Source of the DNA: Folioceros fuciformis
Lineage: Eukaryota
Direction of reading: 5' to 3'
Assembly (NCBI GenBank): GCA_049999805.1
Contig: JBNGIO010006013.1
Span: 1-37,335, forward strand
Length of the DNA: 37,335 nucleotides
This document shows positions 10,931-22,259 of this stretch, one piece after another; positions within the stretch are counted from its first letter, which is position 1, and the number at the start of each line of letters is the position of its first letter. A program made the translations under genes and the position numbers. The notes below the pieces were generated by a model. That model ran no database searches. It saw nothing but the letters and a program-made list of their open reading frames with translations, and was not told where the DNA came from.

Positions 10931-13324
10931 TCATGGTCGACCTTTACAACTGCAAAAACCAGCAGCAAATCGATGTACACGGTAGCCATCCTTTACGACA
11001 ATGTCTCTCTTCTCAAGCCTTGACATGATCTCCGTAGAACTGTGACAGTCACTGCACATGCGTAGATTCTTTGTTACCACCAGAGGGGTGCCACTCGGAG
11101 TGTTCAAAAGACCAAACGCCAGGGCTAGCTTCTCAGCATGCCCGCATAGCATATCTTCCTTTCCCTTCTCCGACAGGGGCTTCCACACCAATTTTGTGTG
11201 GGGTACGTGGCCTCCTTCTTCCGTCAGACGTGCATTCGTGCTCTCTACCTTCAGCGCAAGATCATCTCTTCTGTCTCCCACCAAAAATGTATGTACCTGC
11301 GTCTTCACCTCAATGGTAGCCAGTGCAGGTTTCTTACTAGCTCTTGCTTCCATTCTCTGTGCTTCAATCCTCTCCACGTCGGTCCACCTACCTGCATCTG
11401 CATAGGTACTGGCCATGAGCACATAGGCAGACGCTCGCTGGGGGTCCAGTTTAACAAGGCTTTCAAAACACCGAATCGCCCTCTCTATATCCCCGTGACT
11501 TTTGCACGCATTCAGCAAAGACGTCAATCCCACAACATTACGTCGCCCCTCACATGATAAGAGCACGCTCTCCGCCTCATCCAAATGGCCGGCACGTCCT
11601 AGAAGGTCAACCACGCAATTATGATGCTCAGTCGTAGGTTTCAAGCCATGCTGCTCAGCCATGGAATGGAAGTGCTTAAGACCCTCAAGCACCAGCCCCC
11701 CGTGGCTGCATGCTACTAAAAGGGAAGTAAAAGTAGCATTATCAGGCTGAATACCCGCAGCTAACATCTCCTCAAAACAAGCTAGTGCTTTGTGAACTTC
11801 GTCGCAAGTACCATACCCAGATATCAGGGCATTCCATGTCACCACATCTTTAATGCGCAAGCTGTCAAAAACCCGGCGTGCATCTTCCAATGCGCCACAT
11901 TTTGCATACATGTCCACCAGGCAGGTGCCCACCAGTGGCTGGTGTAGCATCCGTCTTTCCACAATCTGCGAGTGCAGCTGCCTGCCTCTCTGTAAGGCAC
12001 CAGTGCTTGCACAAGCCTTCAGAAGGCAAGAAAAGGTAACATGGTTAGCCAAAATCAGGCCCTCCTGTTCCATCTGTTCATACAGTAGAAGTGCCTCCTG
12101 ACCAAGCCCTTGCTGTGTATATCCAGCAATCAAGGCATTCCATGTCACCACATTCTTTGAGGCCAAGCTGTCAAATACCTGGCGTGCAGCGTCCAGTTCG
12201 CCACATTTTGCATAACCACCTATAAGGGCCGTCCATGTCACTACATCCTTCGTAAGCAAGCTGTCAAAGGCCCCGCGTGCATGTTCCAGGTGGCCACATT
12301 TTGCATACATGTCCACCAGACAGTTTCCAACAAACAGGTTGGGAGGAATGCCACTGTGCAATACGTCAACGTGAACTTTCCTCCCAGATTCCAAGTCGCC
12401 TGCAAATGCACAAGCTTGAAGGGCAGCTACAAAGACGTGATTATCTGCCTTCACTCCTGAGCTACACATCTCATGATATAATTGTATGGCCTCCTTCGGT
12501 TTCCCATGTTTAGTATGGGCGGAGATGATGGAGCCCCACATGAAGGCATCCGGGTTGCCTACCCTAGTGAACACGTCCTTCGCCTCTTGTAGCCTACCTC
12601 CACACACATACATGCGCAGGAGATGGTTCCCCAAGTATGCATCCGAATCGTACCCGAGTTTAACAGTGAGGTCATGAACTCTCCGCCCTACAGCCAGATT
12701 CTTCTTGTCTCCACAGAGTTTCAGCACGTTATAAAACAAAGAGTGGGAGATAACGGAGTCTGTCTGCACCAAGGATTCCAGGGCTCCAACGGCCTCCGAA
12801 AGTTTCTTCTGCTGACATAACGTGCTCACAGTTGCAGCCGTTACGACGCCCATTTCCGATCCCATATCCCTGTCAGGTTGATGCATGTCCGGAGAGCTCG
12901 ACTTGCAAGGGCAGACATCATGATCCACCTGCATATCCAAAGCAGCCAGCTGCTCATCCACCCAAGCTGGCTTGAACATGCTGCTTAACCATAGGACCTC
13001 GCCGGACCCCTTGCGCCGAAAGTCAGGCGAACGGGAGCTCTTCTTATCTTGTCTGTTGTCCCACCACATGGTAGGCTCCAGAAAAAATCGCTGCCACAAG
13101 TGCTCCTGCTCCTGACGACCACCATCGCTGGAAAATCTGTCCCCACCCACGCAATTTGTGAGAAGTGGAAGTGCTGGGCTCCTTACACTTGTGAGCCTGG
13201 AGACTTGGCTGTTCGCCGAGGCTTGAACCCCTAAAATCAGGTGAGCAGGAGATCCTCGTACAATCCCTGGACGCACACCAATTTGTTCGGTCCACGACGG
13301 GTCCGGCTGCCAGATTGTGGCCAT
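10931..13324 (-). CDS. Intronless PLS-class PPR protein with E1/E2 and DYW:KP (GRP-type) domain, candidate organellar U-to-C editing factor, carrying an N-terminal OSB-type PDF motif
   Basis: 797-aa ORF with about 13 PPR motifs (P-L-S-P-L-S-SS-P-L-S-P2-L2-S2), then E1 and E2. KKPALA replaces the PG box, followed by HAEKLA, CSDCH and terminal CSCKGRP. Residues 76-130 read LWQRFFLEPTMWWDNRQDKKSSRSPDFRRKGSGEVLWL..PAWVDEQL. Confidence 0.95.
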   Translation of the reverse strand: MATIWQPDPSWTEQIGVRPGIVRGSPAHLILGVQASANSQVSRLTSVRSPALPLLTNCVGGDRFSSDGGRQEQEHLWQRFFLEPTMWWDNRQDKKSSRSPDFRRKGSGEVLWLSSMFKPAWVDEQLAALDMQVDHDVCPCKSSSPDMHQPDRDMGSEMGVVTAATVSTLCQQKKLSEAVGALESLVQTDSVISHSLFYNVLKLCGDKKNLAVGRRVHDLTVKLGYDSDAYLGNHLLRMYVCGGRLQEAKDVFTRVGNPDAFMWGSIISAHTKHGKPKEAIQLYHEMCSSGVKADNHVFVAALQACAFAGDLESGRKVHVDVLHSGIPPNLFVGNCLVDMYAKCGHLEHARGAFDSLLTKDVVTWTALIGGYAKCGELDAARQVFDSLASKNVVTWNALIAGYTQQGLGQEALLLYEQMEQEGLILANHVTFSCLLKACASTGALQRGRQLHSQIVERRMLHQPLVGTCLVDMYAKCGALEDARRVFDSLRIKDVVTWNALISGYGTCDEVHKALACFEEMLAAGIQPDNATFTSLLVACSHGGLVLEGLKHFHSMAEQHGLKPTTEHHNCVVDLLGRAGHLDEAESVLLSCEGRRNVVGLTSLLNACKSHGDIERAIRCFESLVKLDPQRASAYVLMASTYADAGRWTDVERIEAQRMEARASKKPALATIEVKTQVHTFLVGDRRDDLALKVESTNARLTEEGGHVPHTKLVWKPLSEKGKEDMLCGHAEKLALAFGLLNTPSGTPLVVTKNLRMCSDCHSSTEIMSRLEKRDIVVKDGYRVHRFAAGFCSCKGRP

Positions 13325-13720
13325 CGTTCAGGGCCCGCCGGCGGAGGATGAGGCGCACGACAAACCATGGCAGGACGCCTAGGTATTGCGCATGACCGCA
13401 CTACCTTTGAACGGCAGGCAGTGAAGTGACGAGTTGACACGCGGTCTACCATGGCTGCCAAAGAGATTCTCATGCCTTCGGACCAAGTATTAAGCAAATA
13501 ATAGACATCATGCCCCTGGCCAATCTTAGCCGCTCTTCCCCCTGAGTTTGCGGTGGTGCTCTGCTTTATCCCTTCCTGATGGCATTCCGCTGTCAAGATG
13601 CTCTGCACTCACGTCTGATGCTCTCAGACATTGCGCACGGAACGACATTGCGATTCAAAATGGTCATCTCGTGCTCGCGAGCCTCTGTCCATTTGCGGTT
13701 TCCCCACGCCAGGGCGTCGG

Positions 13721-14189
13721 GCGGTCCTTGCCACAAGATGTCATTTTAACCGAGCTTTGTTTCCGTCCTCGGGACAGCCTAGCTTTGATACTCTCGGTCC
13801 AGTACCGAGCGGGGACCGCGCCTTTTTTTCCACTCCCTTCATTATATACAATAAATATTAAAAATGATTAAAACCAATAATATAAATATATAAATTTAAA
13901 TGTCTGGTATATTCTACTATGGAGACTACTTTTTCGTGGCTTTAACAATACCATTCCATTTATATAAATGTCTGATATATTCTACTGTAGAGATCGCTTT
14001 TTCCTGGCTTTAACAATACCATTCCATTTAATGCCTATTTTGAACCGTTGGAATCGTCGGTCCCCAGGAAAAATGGGGACAGAAGCTTAGGACCGAACTT
14101 TTTACTAGCCTCAGTCCCCAATTTTTTTTAACATATGACAGGATCGGGACCAAGCTCGGGACATGGTCAAAATGACACCCAAGGACTGC
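13721..14189. mobile_element. Possible MITE-like degenerate inverted-repeat element
   Basis: Left end gcggtccttg..tgtcattttaaccgagcttt is approximately inverted at the right end (agctcgggacatggtcaaaatgacacccaaggactgc). Inner ggggaccg/cggtcccc also pair. The AT-rich core has a ~68-bp tandem duplication (13898-14030). No TSD identified. Confidence 0.45.
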
Positions 14190-14471
14190 TTAGCTTTATT
14201 GAGGACGTTCTTATCTGACAGAATAAATAGTCCTATATTTTATTTAAAGACATATGAGAGATCCATCTACCTAAAACTTAGGAGACAAATCCCGGAGCTC
14301 CGGGCCGAAGCCTTCAACGAGACCCATAAAGCTCAACACTGCAGAAAACCGAAAAACCTATGGTGGATTTGATGATAGATATAGCTAACAAAAAGAAATC
14401 CTATTTTAACTTTTTCATTAGCATTAGGAACCCAAACCTTTAATATCTAGGAGGAGCATGGTTTATGAATG

Positions 14472-14637
14472 TGACACGATTAGGATCGACTAAATTCTAT
14501 TGTGCTTGTGAACACGATATGTGTCACAGCCGCGCGAAGCGGGTACAACCGTAATACCTGTTTAGGCATTAGGCATATTAAGTCTTTAACTAACCTAAAT
14601 ACTGGACCCTAAATATATAATTATTTATATTGTTTCA
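14472..14637 (-). repeat. 3' LTR of copia element, adjacent to the PPT (cctgagtgggag on minus, ~14638-14649)
   Basis: Matches 20344-20509 with 5 mismatches in 166 bp. Confidence 0.95.
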
Positions 14638-15124
14638 CTCCCACTCAGGAGTTAGGTTAGGTCTAGCTGTATAGCTTGATAATTATTCCTATATAAACTA
14701 AATAGACGCCCTAAGAAACTTCAACTAGTCATAGAAACGCCTAAAGAAACTTGTCGCCAGAGGAAAAGCTATCCAAAAACACTCATCTCCTTCCCTTTGT
14801 GGCCAGGCCACAGCCGTGAATGGCTGATCCGCGCGAGCCTGCCTGCCGGGCATGGCCGCGACCTAGCTGGTGTTGATCGCTGCACGAAGGCGCCGCCGCC
14901 CGTTGATGGTGATGCCCGCGCCTGCGCCGTTGCTTGGTGATGCACTCTCAGTTCCCTCCTTCATCTTCACGTCGCCGCCGGCTACTGCTGCTGGAGGCGC
15001 CCAATCCAGCTGTTGTTGGATCATTAGAGCTAGACGCTACCGCGCCAGCTAAGCGTGAGCTTGAGGCGCTTGCGCTGGCTGCTGAAGTGATCACGCTGCC
15101 TGCTCCACCTGTTGAATCCAGAGA

Positions 15125-18100
15125 CTAGAACGTGTTCCCTAATGCTAATTGGAGCCCCATTCCGTGCGCATGCTGCAGGTGCTTTGCCTTGCTCAATGCT
15201 TTTGTGAGGACGTCCGCCGTCATCAGGTTCGTTGGACAGTACACCACCTGCACCAGTCTGTTTGCCACCTGCTCCCTAATAAAATGATGCTGCACCTCCA
15301 GGTGTTTGGTTCTAGCATAGAAGCGCGGGTTCTCTGAGAGTGCTATGGCACTTTGGTTGTCGCAACTCAAGCGCATTGACAGCTGCTGTGGAGAATCGAG
15401 CTCAGCCAAAGCTCCGACTGCCCAGACTGCCTCCTTGCAAGCCTCTGTCAAGGATTTGTACTCTGCCTCAGTTAAGGACAGAGCCACTGTTGGCTGGCAC
15501 TTGCTGCTCCAGGAGATGGCACCTCCGGCCAGAAGAAACACAAAACTTGAGATGCTACGGCAACTGTCCTGGTCCCTGGCCCAATCAGCATCGCTGAAGG
15601 CCGTGAGAGTAAGTGCCCCAGCGGAACCTCCTTCGTAGAGCAGTCCCCAATCCTCCGTTGCCTTGATGTATCTGAATAGCCGCCTCATTGCTTGCCAGTG
15701 AGCCATTGCTGGATTCGCGAGAAACTGTGAGAGCATGCCCACGGCAAATGCAAGATCTAGACGGCTTTCCAACATCAGGTACATGACGCTCCCACTGAGT
15801 GAAGCATATGGGAACTCTGCCATCAGGCGCGCCTCTTCAGCTGTCAACTCCGGCTCTCCAACTTGTGCTCTATATTTCACATTCTGTTCACGTGGTGTAG
15901 AGATAGGTTTGCAGCTCTGCATCTGGAACCTTGCCAGGATTTGACGAATATACTTTGCCTGATGCAAAAAGATCCTTCGTCTTCGTCTGTCACGACTGAT
16001 CTGCATGCCTAGACAGAATGCCAGAGGGCCTGCATCTGTCATTTTGAACTCTGATCTCAATTGACGTTTCAGCTCCTCTATCATTGCTACAGTGTTTGAC
16101 ATTATTATTATGTCATCGACATAAATGGCTAGAGCTAAAAAATTCCTTCTTCTTGCCCTTCATCGTGTAAACGTTAGAGTCAGCATGCGTAGGGGTGTAG
16201 CCATGTGATAGGAGGAAGTGGTGAATCCTAGAGAACCATGCTCGAGGACTTTGTTTCAGTCCGTATAGGGTCTTCCTCAGCTTGCAGACTTTCTGGTGAG
16301 TGCCCTCTTCTGCTGTCAGGCCAGGAGGACACTCCATGAAGATTTCCTCATTTAGCTCTCCATATAAAAATGCTGTAGTTACATCTAGCTATTCCAGTTC
16401 GTAGTCATGAATGGTGGATAGGGCCAAGAACAGTCTTAGAGTGCTCATTTTGACGACTGGACTGAAGGTGTCTGTATAGTCAACTCCTTGAACCTGAGAG
16501 TAGCCTTTTGCTACTACACGACCCTTATATCTAGCTATGCTGCCATCAGCATTCAACTTTATTTTAAATACCCATTTACTCCCAACAGCCTTCCTACCTA
16601 GAGGAAGTTCAGCTAGCTGCCAGGTTTGGTTCTCCTTAAGTGATGCTAGTTCGGATGCAATAGCTTGCTTCCAATGCTTTGCATCCGGGCATGATAGAGC
16701 CTCCTCATAGGTTTGAGGTTCAAACAACTCTGTAGCAGCTGCTAGACAGTATGTTAGATTTGACTTGGAATGTTTTACATCCTTGGGGTGCCTCCAGTCA
16801 TGGACCTTGTATAGGTCTATCTCGCCTGCGGTTGTACGAACATGGTGCTCCCTTGGTGGAACTGGAACACTAGCAGGCTTCTTCTTACGCTGCTGTGTGC
16901 CCGAGGTGGGCACATGCTGATAATTGGAAGGGGTAGTGAACAGCTCCCCAGGTGAGACCACTCCTTCTATGTCAAAGTCACCAAACACAATTGACTCAGT
17001 TTGCTCGCTGCTGACTGGCCGTGTTGGCTGTTGTATTGCTGGAGTTGCAGGTGCTTGCTGAGGGATCGGTGCTGCAACTGGTGCCCCAGCTTGTGGTGCA
17101 GGCACTGCAGTTGTAGGGCCTGCAGGCTTGAACAGTCCTTCTTCCATTTCATCATCTGACTTGGAAATCAAATCAAATGTAGCTGCTCCCACTGAGTCAT
17201 GTGACTCAACACCTTCTAAAAATATGACATCCCTGGAATGTGTAACAACCCTGGTACGTCGGTCGATTACTTTGTACCCTTTGATGCCATTCGTAAATCC
17301 GATGAATATGCAGGAGATTGATTTGGGCTCAAACTTCTTCCTAAGGGTCTTGTGAATGTGGACGTACACAGGTGACCCGAAAACCCGCATGTGTGAGACA
17401 TCAGGCTTGGTTCCTGTCCAAACCTCGTATGGAGTCTTGCCCTCTACAGTTGAGTGCTCAATGCGGTTCTGTATGTATGTGGCATACGCCACTGCTTCCA
17501 CCCAATAGCTTTTTGGTAAGTTTGCATATGCTAACATGCTAGATGCTGAGGTTTCCAATGCTTTGTTCTTATTTTTTGTGACTCCATTTTGCTGAGGAGT
17601 CCTAGCGTTGGTAAGCTGTCTAGCTATGCCATGCTGGCTGCAGAATGCTTGGAATTGACCTGAACTGTACTCGCATCCGTTATCCGTACGCAGGGCCTTC
17701 AAGGTCTGACCAGTCTGCTTCTCTGCCCAAGCCTTGTATTCAGTGAAGCATTCTAGGGTTGAGGACTTGAGCCTCATGTAGTATACCACAGTGAATCGAG
17801 AAAAGTCATCAATAAAGGTGATGTAATAGGCCTTGCCTCCTAGCGAAATAGGTAGAGGCCCACAAAGATCACTGTGTACCAGCTCGAGCACCCTGGTTGC
17901 TCTCTCAGCTGGTTCAGATGGGAAAGATGCACGGTGGTGCTTCCCAATCACGCACGCTTCACATACTCCGAAGTCAGACAAGATGTCTAACTGTAATCCA
18001 CGCACCAGGTTATTTTTATGCATTCTTACAAGTTTCTGGAAGTTGAGGTGTCCCAGTCTTAAATGCCACAAGTATGTTAGCGAGGGCTTAACCAAATGAG

Positions 18101-19440
18101 CTGATGATGTGGTAGAGTTTGCCTGGTCCTTCTTCACATCAAGGTGGTAAAGATCATCAGCCCATAGTCCTCCAGTGGCCATTAGCTTTCCCTCGGCAGT
18201 CTCCACAACACATTTGCGACCACCAAAACAGATGAAACAACCAGATTCATCGATTTTGCTCGCAGACACAAGATTCTTCGCCAGGCCTGGTACGTACAAG
18301 ACTTCAGGAATTTCCAGATGCTGATCTGGATCAAGATCCAGCTGAATGGTACCTTGTCCTTCGATTTTGTGAGTTGTATCATCTCCTAAGCATACGTATA
18401 TGTCCCCTTGAATTGGCTGCAGATTAGTGAAGTAGGAGTGATGGGGGCTCATGTGTTGGGAGGCCCCGGAATCTATATACCATGCATGTTCAGCCTTCAA
18501 TGCATAGCAGGTGACCACTAGTGCTGAAACACCCTTGTCATGTGCAGCTTCTTGTGATTCATGCTGGACACATGCTGTAAATGCCTTGGAGTACTTCTTC
18601 ATCGTTGCAGCCAGGTTGCCTCCTATGTGGCTGCTTCCTGACTCGTTCGCCAATCTTTTTCTGCAGACCTCCCATGTGCGGTTTGGGATTCCAAAGTAGC
18701 CACATGGTGGCTTAGCTCTGGCTGAATTTAATGAGGTTGGCCGAGTTGGGAAGCCTCGGCCACGGCCTCTCCCTCTAAAAGTTGGCTTGCCTCTGCCTCT
18801 GCCTCTTGCTGTACCAAATTTGTTGGTGAAGAGGGCTTTGTCCCTTGCATCTATGGAAGATGTGGCCATCTTCCTACGATTCTCCTCGGTAAGCATCATG
18901 GAGATTACACGGTTAACCGTGATAGAAGCTACGTTTTGAAGGGACTGGACAACATTTGTCCAACTTTTGGGCAACTGAGACAAGAGAATGACTGCCATCA
19001 CCTCCTCGTCAAGTTTAAAACCAAGTGCTGTGAACTTGGTCTACCAGCTTTTCCAAGTAAGTACAAATTCTGCAACATTATCCATTTCCGCCATCCTTAA
19101 TCCCACAAAAGATTTTAGAATGTGGGTTTTGAGCATAAGATCAACTGCATCATAGAGTTCTAACAGTTGCTTCCACAGTGCTGCTGCAGATGTTATAGAG
19201 CCCATCAAAGTGGCGATGTGAGAGCTCTTGACGCTCATGGTGAGCAAAGTTCTGGCTTGCTGATTAGCAGCCTTCCAGTCTGCAATTTCATCGGTCGACG
19301 CTGTGGCTGGCGGTTCAGGTTTAACAACTTCTGCTCCTACATACTCCCCAAGGTTCCTAGATTTTAATAATTCTTCCATTCTGAATTTCCATTGACTGAA
19401 GTTCTGACCATCAAACTTGTCCTCTTTGGCCAGGGCGACA
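15125..19440 (-). pseudogene. Copia gag-pol polyprotein, disrupted
   Basis: Motifs: gag FDGQNFSQWKFRME; protease WYIDSGAS; integrase LWHLRLGH/CEAC/HSDLCGP/RTDNG; RT YGLKQSPRAW and YVDD; RNase H FSDADWA/EAEY/CDNQSA. TAG stops at 19041 and 16389, and a frameshift in the T-run near 16140. Confidence 0.93.
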
Positions 19441-20327
19441 GGTGCTCAGGGCTATTGGCCTGCCATTGACCTGACTAGGGTGATTTAAGGAAGTGGTTGG
19501 AACCTGACTTTGCAGTAAGGGGAAACTGAAGGTGAACACCCTACTTCTAGCCACAACTCTATGCTAACATTTTCTGAGAAGCAAAATTCTGAGTGTGGTT
19601 GATGTAGGATATGAGCCGTACAGGAGTTTAGATAGCAAGAGCATGGGCAGATAGGTTGTTGTAGGAACAGCGATTCTAACGACTCAAAGACTAAGGCTTG
19701 AATGCTGTTTGGATTTGTAGGTAAATTTATGATGAAGGTTGAGGAGGTAGACATAGCTACTTAAAGGTAAATATCTGAGATATCTACTAGACTCCAATCA
19801 TACTCTTCTGTAGGATGGACGCCCTGAACCATATTTGTCGCCATTAGTTCCAGAATGATGCACAGCCTGATCTAAACTTGTTTCCATCTATTTCCAGGTG
19901 CAAGCGATTCTTGGTAGTTCCTCTCACACCGGCGCTCATACTCTGTGATGCTCGCCAGCCTTAGCGCACGTCTGGCCAGGCGCTCTCTTTTCTACAAGCC
20001 AGGCATGATGCACCAAAGGTTGCACTACATTGCTCCTGGAGTGCATTTGTGTGCAGGTTTTAGTGTTCCATACTTGGCTGATCTGCAAAAGAGAGGTCAG
20101 CCTGGTCGCTGCGCTCCAAGAAGAAAGATAAAATATGACGTTGCTTTCAATCCTAGTGTCTGGGAGAGCAGTTTGCACAAAGCATCTCCCAAAACTGCTC
20201 CCGGACCGCTACTGGCGCGCCTCCTGACCAAAAATCGTTGATCAAGAACACAACTTCTCCATACTCCGTGAAAGAATATAGATCTTGTGCGTGCGGCGCG
20301 ACTGCAGGCAGGTCACGTCACCGTGAA

Positions 20328-20343
20328 CATGGCTCTGACACCA
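20328..20343 (-). promoter_or_regulatory. Primer-binding site (tRNA-iMet type)
   Basis: The minus strand reads TGGTGTCAGAGCC directly after the 5' LTR, one mismatch from canonical TGGTATCAGAGC. Confidence 0.88.
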
Positions 20344-20509
20344 TGACACGATTAGGATCGATTGAATTCTATTGTGCTTGTGAACACGATATGTGTCACA
20401 GCCGCGTGAAGCGGGTACAACCGTAATACCTATTTAGGCATGAGGCATATTAAGTCTTTAACTAACCTAAATACTGGACCCTAAATATATAATTATTTAT
20501 ATTGTTTCA
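20344..20509 (-). repeat. 5' LTR of copia element
   Basis: 166 bp, TGAAACA..TGTCA on the minus strand, flanked by the GAATG TSD. Confidence 0.95.
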
Positions 20510-20814
20510 GAATGTTGGGTTTCTCATGTAATTAATTTTTAATGTATACCTTTTTCCTCAAGTATACCAATTATATGTCGTAGTAAAAAAATGACCAAAA
20601 AAAACCATAAAAGATAATTTAGAGACAGATAAGAGAGGGAAAAAAAAAACTCAACGTGCAATGACTTGGGGCCTATCAAGAAGCCATTAGGTCTTGGGTC
20701 TAGCCTGCTCCAAGGACTGGGTGGTTTAACCTTGGATTATAAAATTAAGCAAGAGATTATGAATTGACTTGGTTTAAGATGATGTGAGTAAGGTTTCAAG
20801 CCTTCTTTAATTTC

Positions 20815-20975
20815 TTCAATCGCTTAACTAAGATTACAAGGCTGGAAAACAACACAACTCTTACATGTTTTCAATCACTCACCTAAGATCACAAGGCCAG
20901 AAAACAACACAACTTCAACATTTTTTCAATCACTCAACTAAGATTACAAGGTTGGAAAACAACACAAGTGTTACA
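20815..20975. repeat. Diverged 55-bp tandem repeat x3
   Basis: ttcaatc..ctaagat(t/c)acaagg..gaaaacaacacaa units start at 20815, 20870 and 20925. Confidence 0.85.
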
Positions 20976-21199
20976 AGCCTCAGGATTAATGACGTGTGGC
21001 AAGATAGAGCAATATACATGCTATGGATAGGCAAGATAGATGTTGTAAGAGCAAGACCCTAAACTCTAAGGACAAGCTTGTGTGGGTGCAACATTGTTTG
21101 TTTTGAAATGTGTCCACACATGAAATTCTACGAAGGCATCAAACAATTGTCATGGCTAAGTGCTGCCCACCCACCTCCGCACTTTCAAGCACCTATGCG

Positions 21200-21710
21200 A
21201 AGGTGAGGGATGACTTTCTGATGCGTAAAGACATTGCAAATGTAGCTACAATAAAGACATTGCAAATGTAGCTACAACCATAGCGAAGCATGTTTGAAAG
21301 TATGATGCCAATGATAATACTAGTGTAGATATGTGGGTGCAAGTGAATGCAAGGTAGGTGTTCTACATGTCATTGGAGGGAGAACCTTTTTGTCTTAGCT
21401 TCCAAACATCGTTCATGTTGGAAGCTTGTGTGAAGCATGGACATAATAAATGCTTGGTTATGGACTCAACCTTCGAGGTCACCAAATATAAGTATAAGAT
21501 GTTTACAATGGTTGCTTTTGATGATCATTTTAATGATATACTAGTGGCTTGGGTACTTACCAAGGAAGCAACCACATATGCTCTTGTGAGGTAGATGGAT
21601 GCATTTCAAAAACCAGTTGTGGAAAGGAAATCAGATTGGCGACCTTCAGCATTTGTTGTTGATGACTATGCTGCAGAGATACAGGCTATTCGTTTAGTAT
21701 GGGAAAGGGA
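21200..21710 (+). mobile_element. Mutator/MULE DDE transposase remnant
   Basis: The frame reads through stops: FQTSFMLEACVKHGHNKCLVMDSTFEVTKYKYKMFTMVAFDDHFNDILVAWVL..WRPSAFVVDDYAAEIQAI (cf. MULE MDxTFxTN..TLxVFD..GVPVAW..FxVD). Contains a 26-bp duplication at 21226-21277. Confidence 0.75.
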
Positions 21711-22259
21711 TGTGGCTGTGCTTTTGAAGTTCAAACAGGCACGAAGGCCAATTGGGGAAGTGTGGAATTCATCGGAAATATGTGGAAAGGAAAGTACCTG
21801 TGAATGTCATGGCTCTATTGCCACAGCGGTGGCTTTCTGTGTGTTGGACAGTAGAGATGCAGCCTTGGCCTTGGTTAGGCAACCTTGTGCTTGCGATGCT
21901 TCATGTGTGCTAGTCCCGCGAATTTCCCAACATTTGGGTCCACCATTTTCCTTTTGCAGCATCGCGGGCACGGGGTGCCTTTCCACCTCCGTGGGGTTGA
22001 ACCAAGTTGCTCTACAACAACCAATCGGCAATTGCCATGACACACAACCCTATCTTGCACGCCAGGACTAAAAACGTGGAGATCCAGCATCATTTCATCT
22101 GTCATAGAGAAGAAGGTTCTTTTACAGTATGTCAATACAAGTGAGAATACCTCAGACCTCCCTTTAAGCTGGTCCAATCGGCCCTTCATGGGTTGGAGAG
22201 ATATCTTGATGCAATGGTAACAGCTTAGGAGATATCTAGCTTGGTCCAAATTGCCAGAT

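Larger units (their letters stand above)
14472..20509 (-). mobile_element. Full-length Ty1/copia LTR retrotransposon (inactivated)
   Basis: Two 166-bp LTRs with TG..CA ends, GAATG TSD (14467-14471 and 20510-20514), PBS and PPT. Domain order is gag-PR-IN-RT-RH. Confidence 0.97.

Noticed and set aside
14810-15120. GC-rich segment with short antisense ORFs in the copia 3' UTR (possible env-like or captured gene)
   Set aside because: ORFs are under 70 aa, low complexity and lack TM or family motifs.
16389-19043. Programmed readthrough or frameshift in the copia gag-pol
   Set aside because: The stops fall inside gag and inside RT, and the frameshift is inside RT. These are not recoding positions, and mutational decay explains them.
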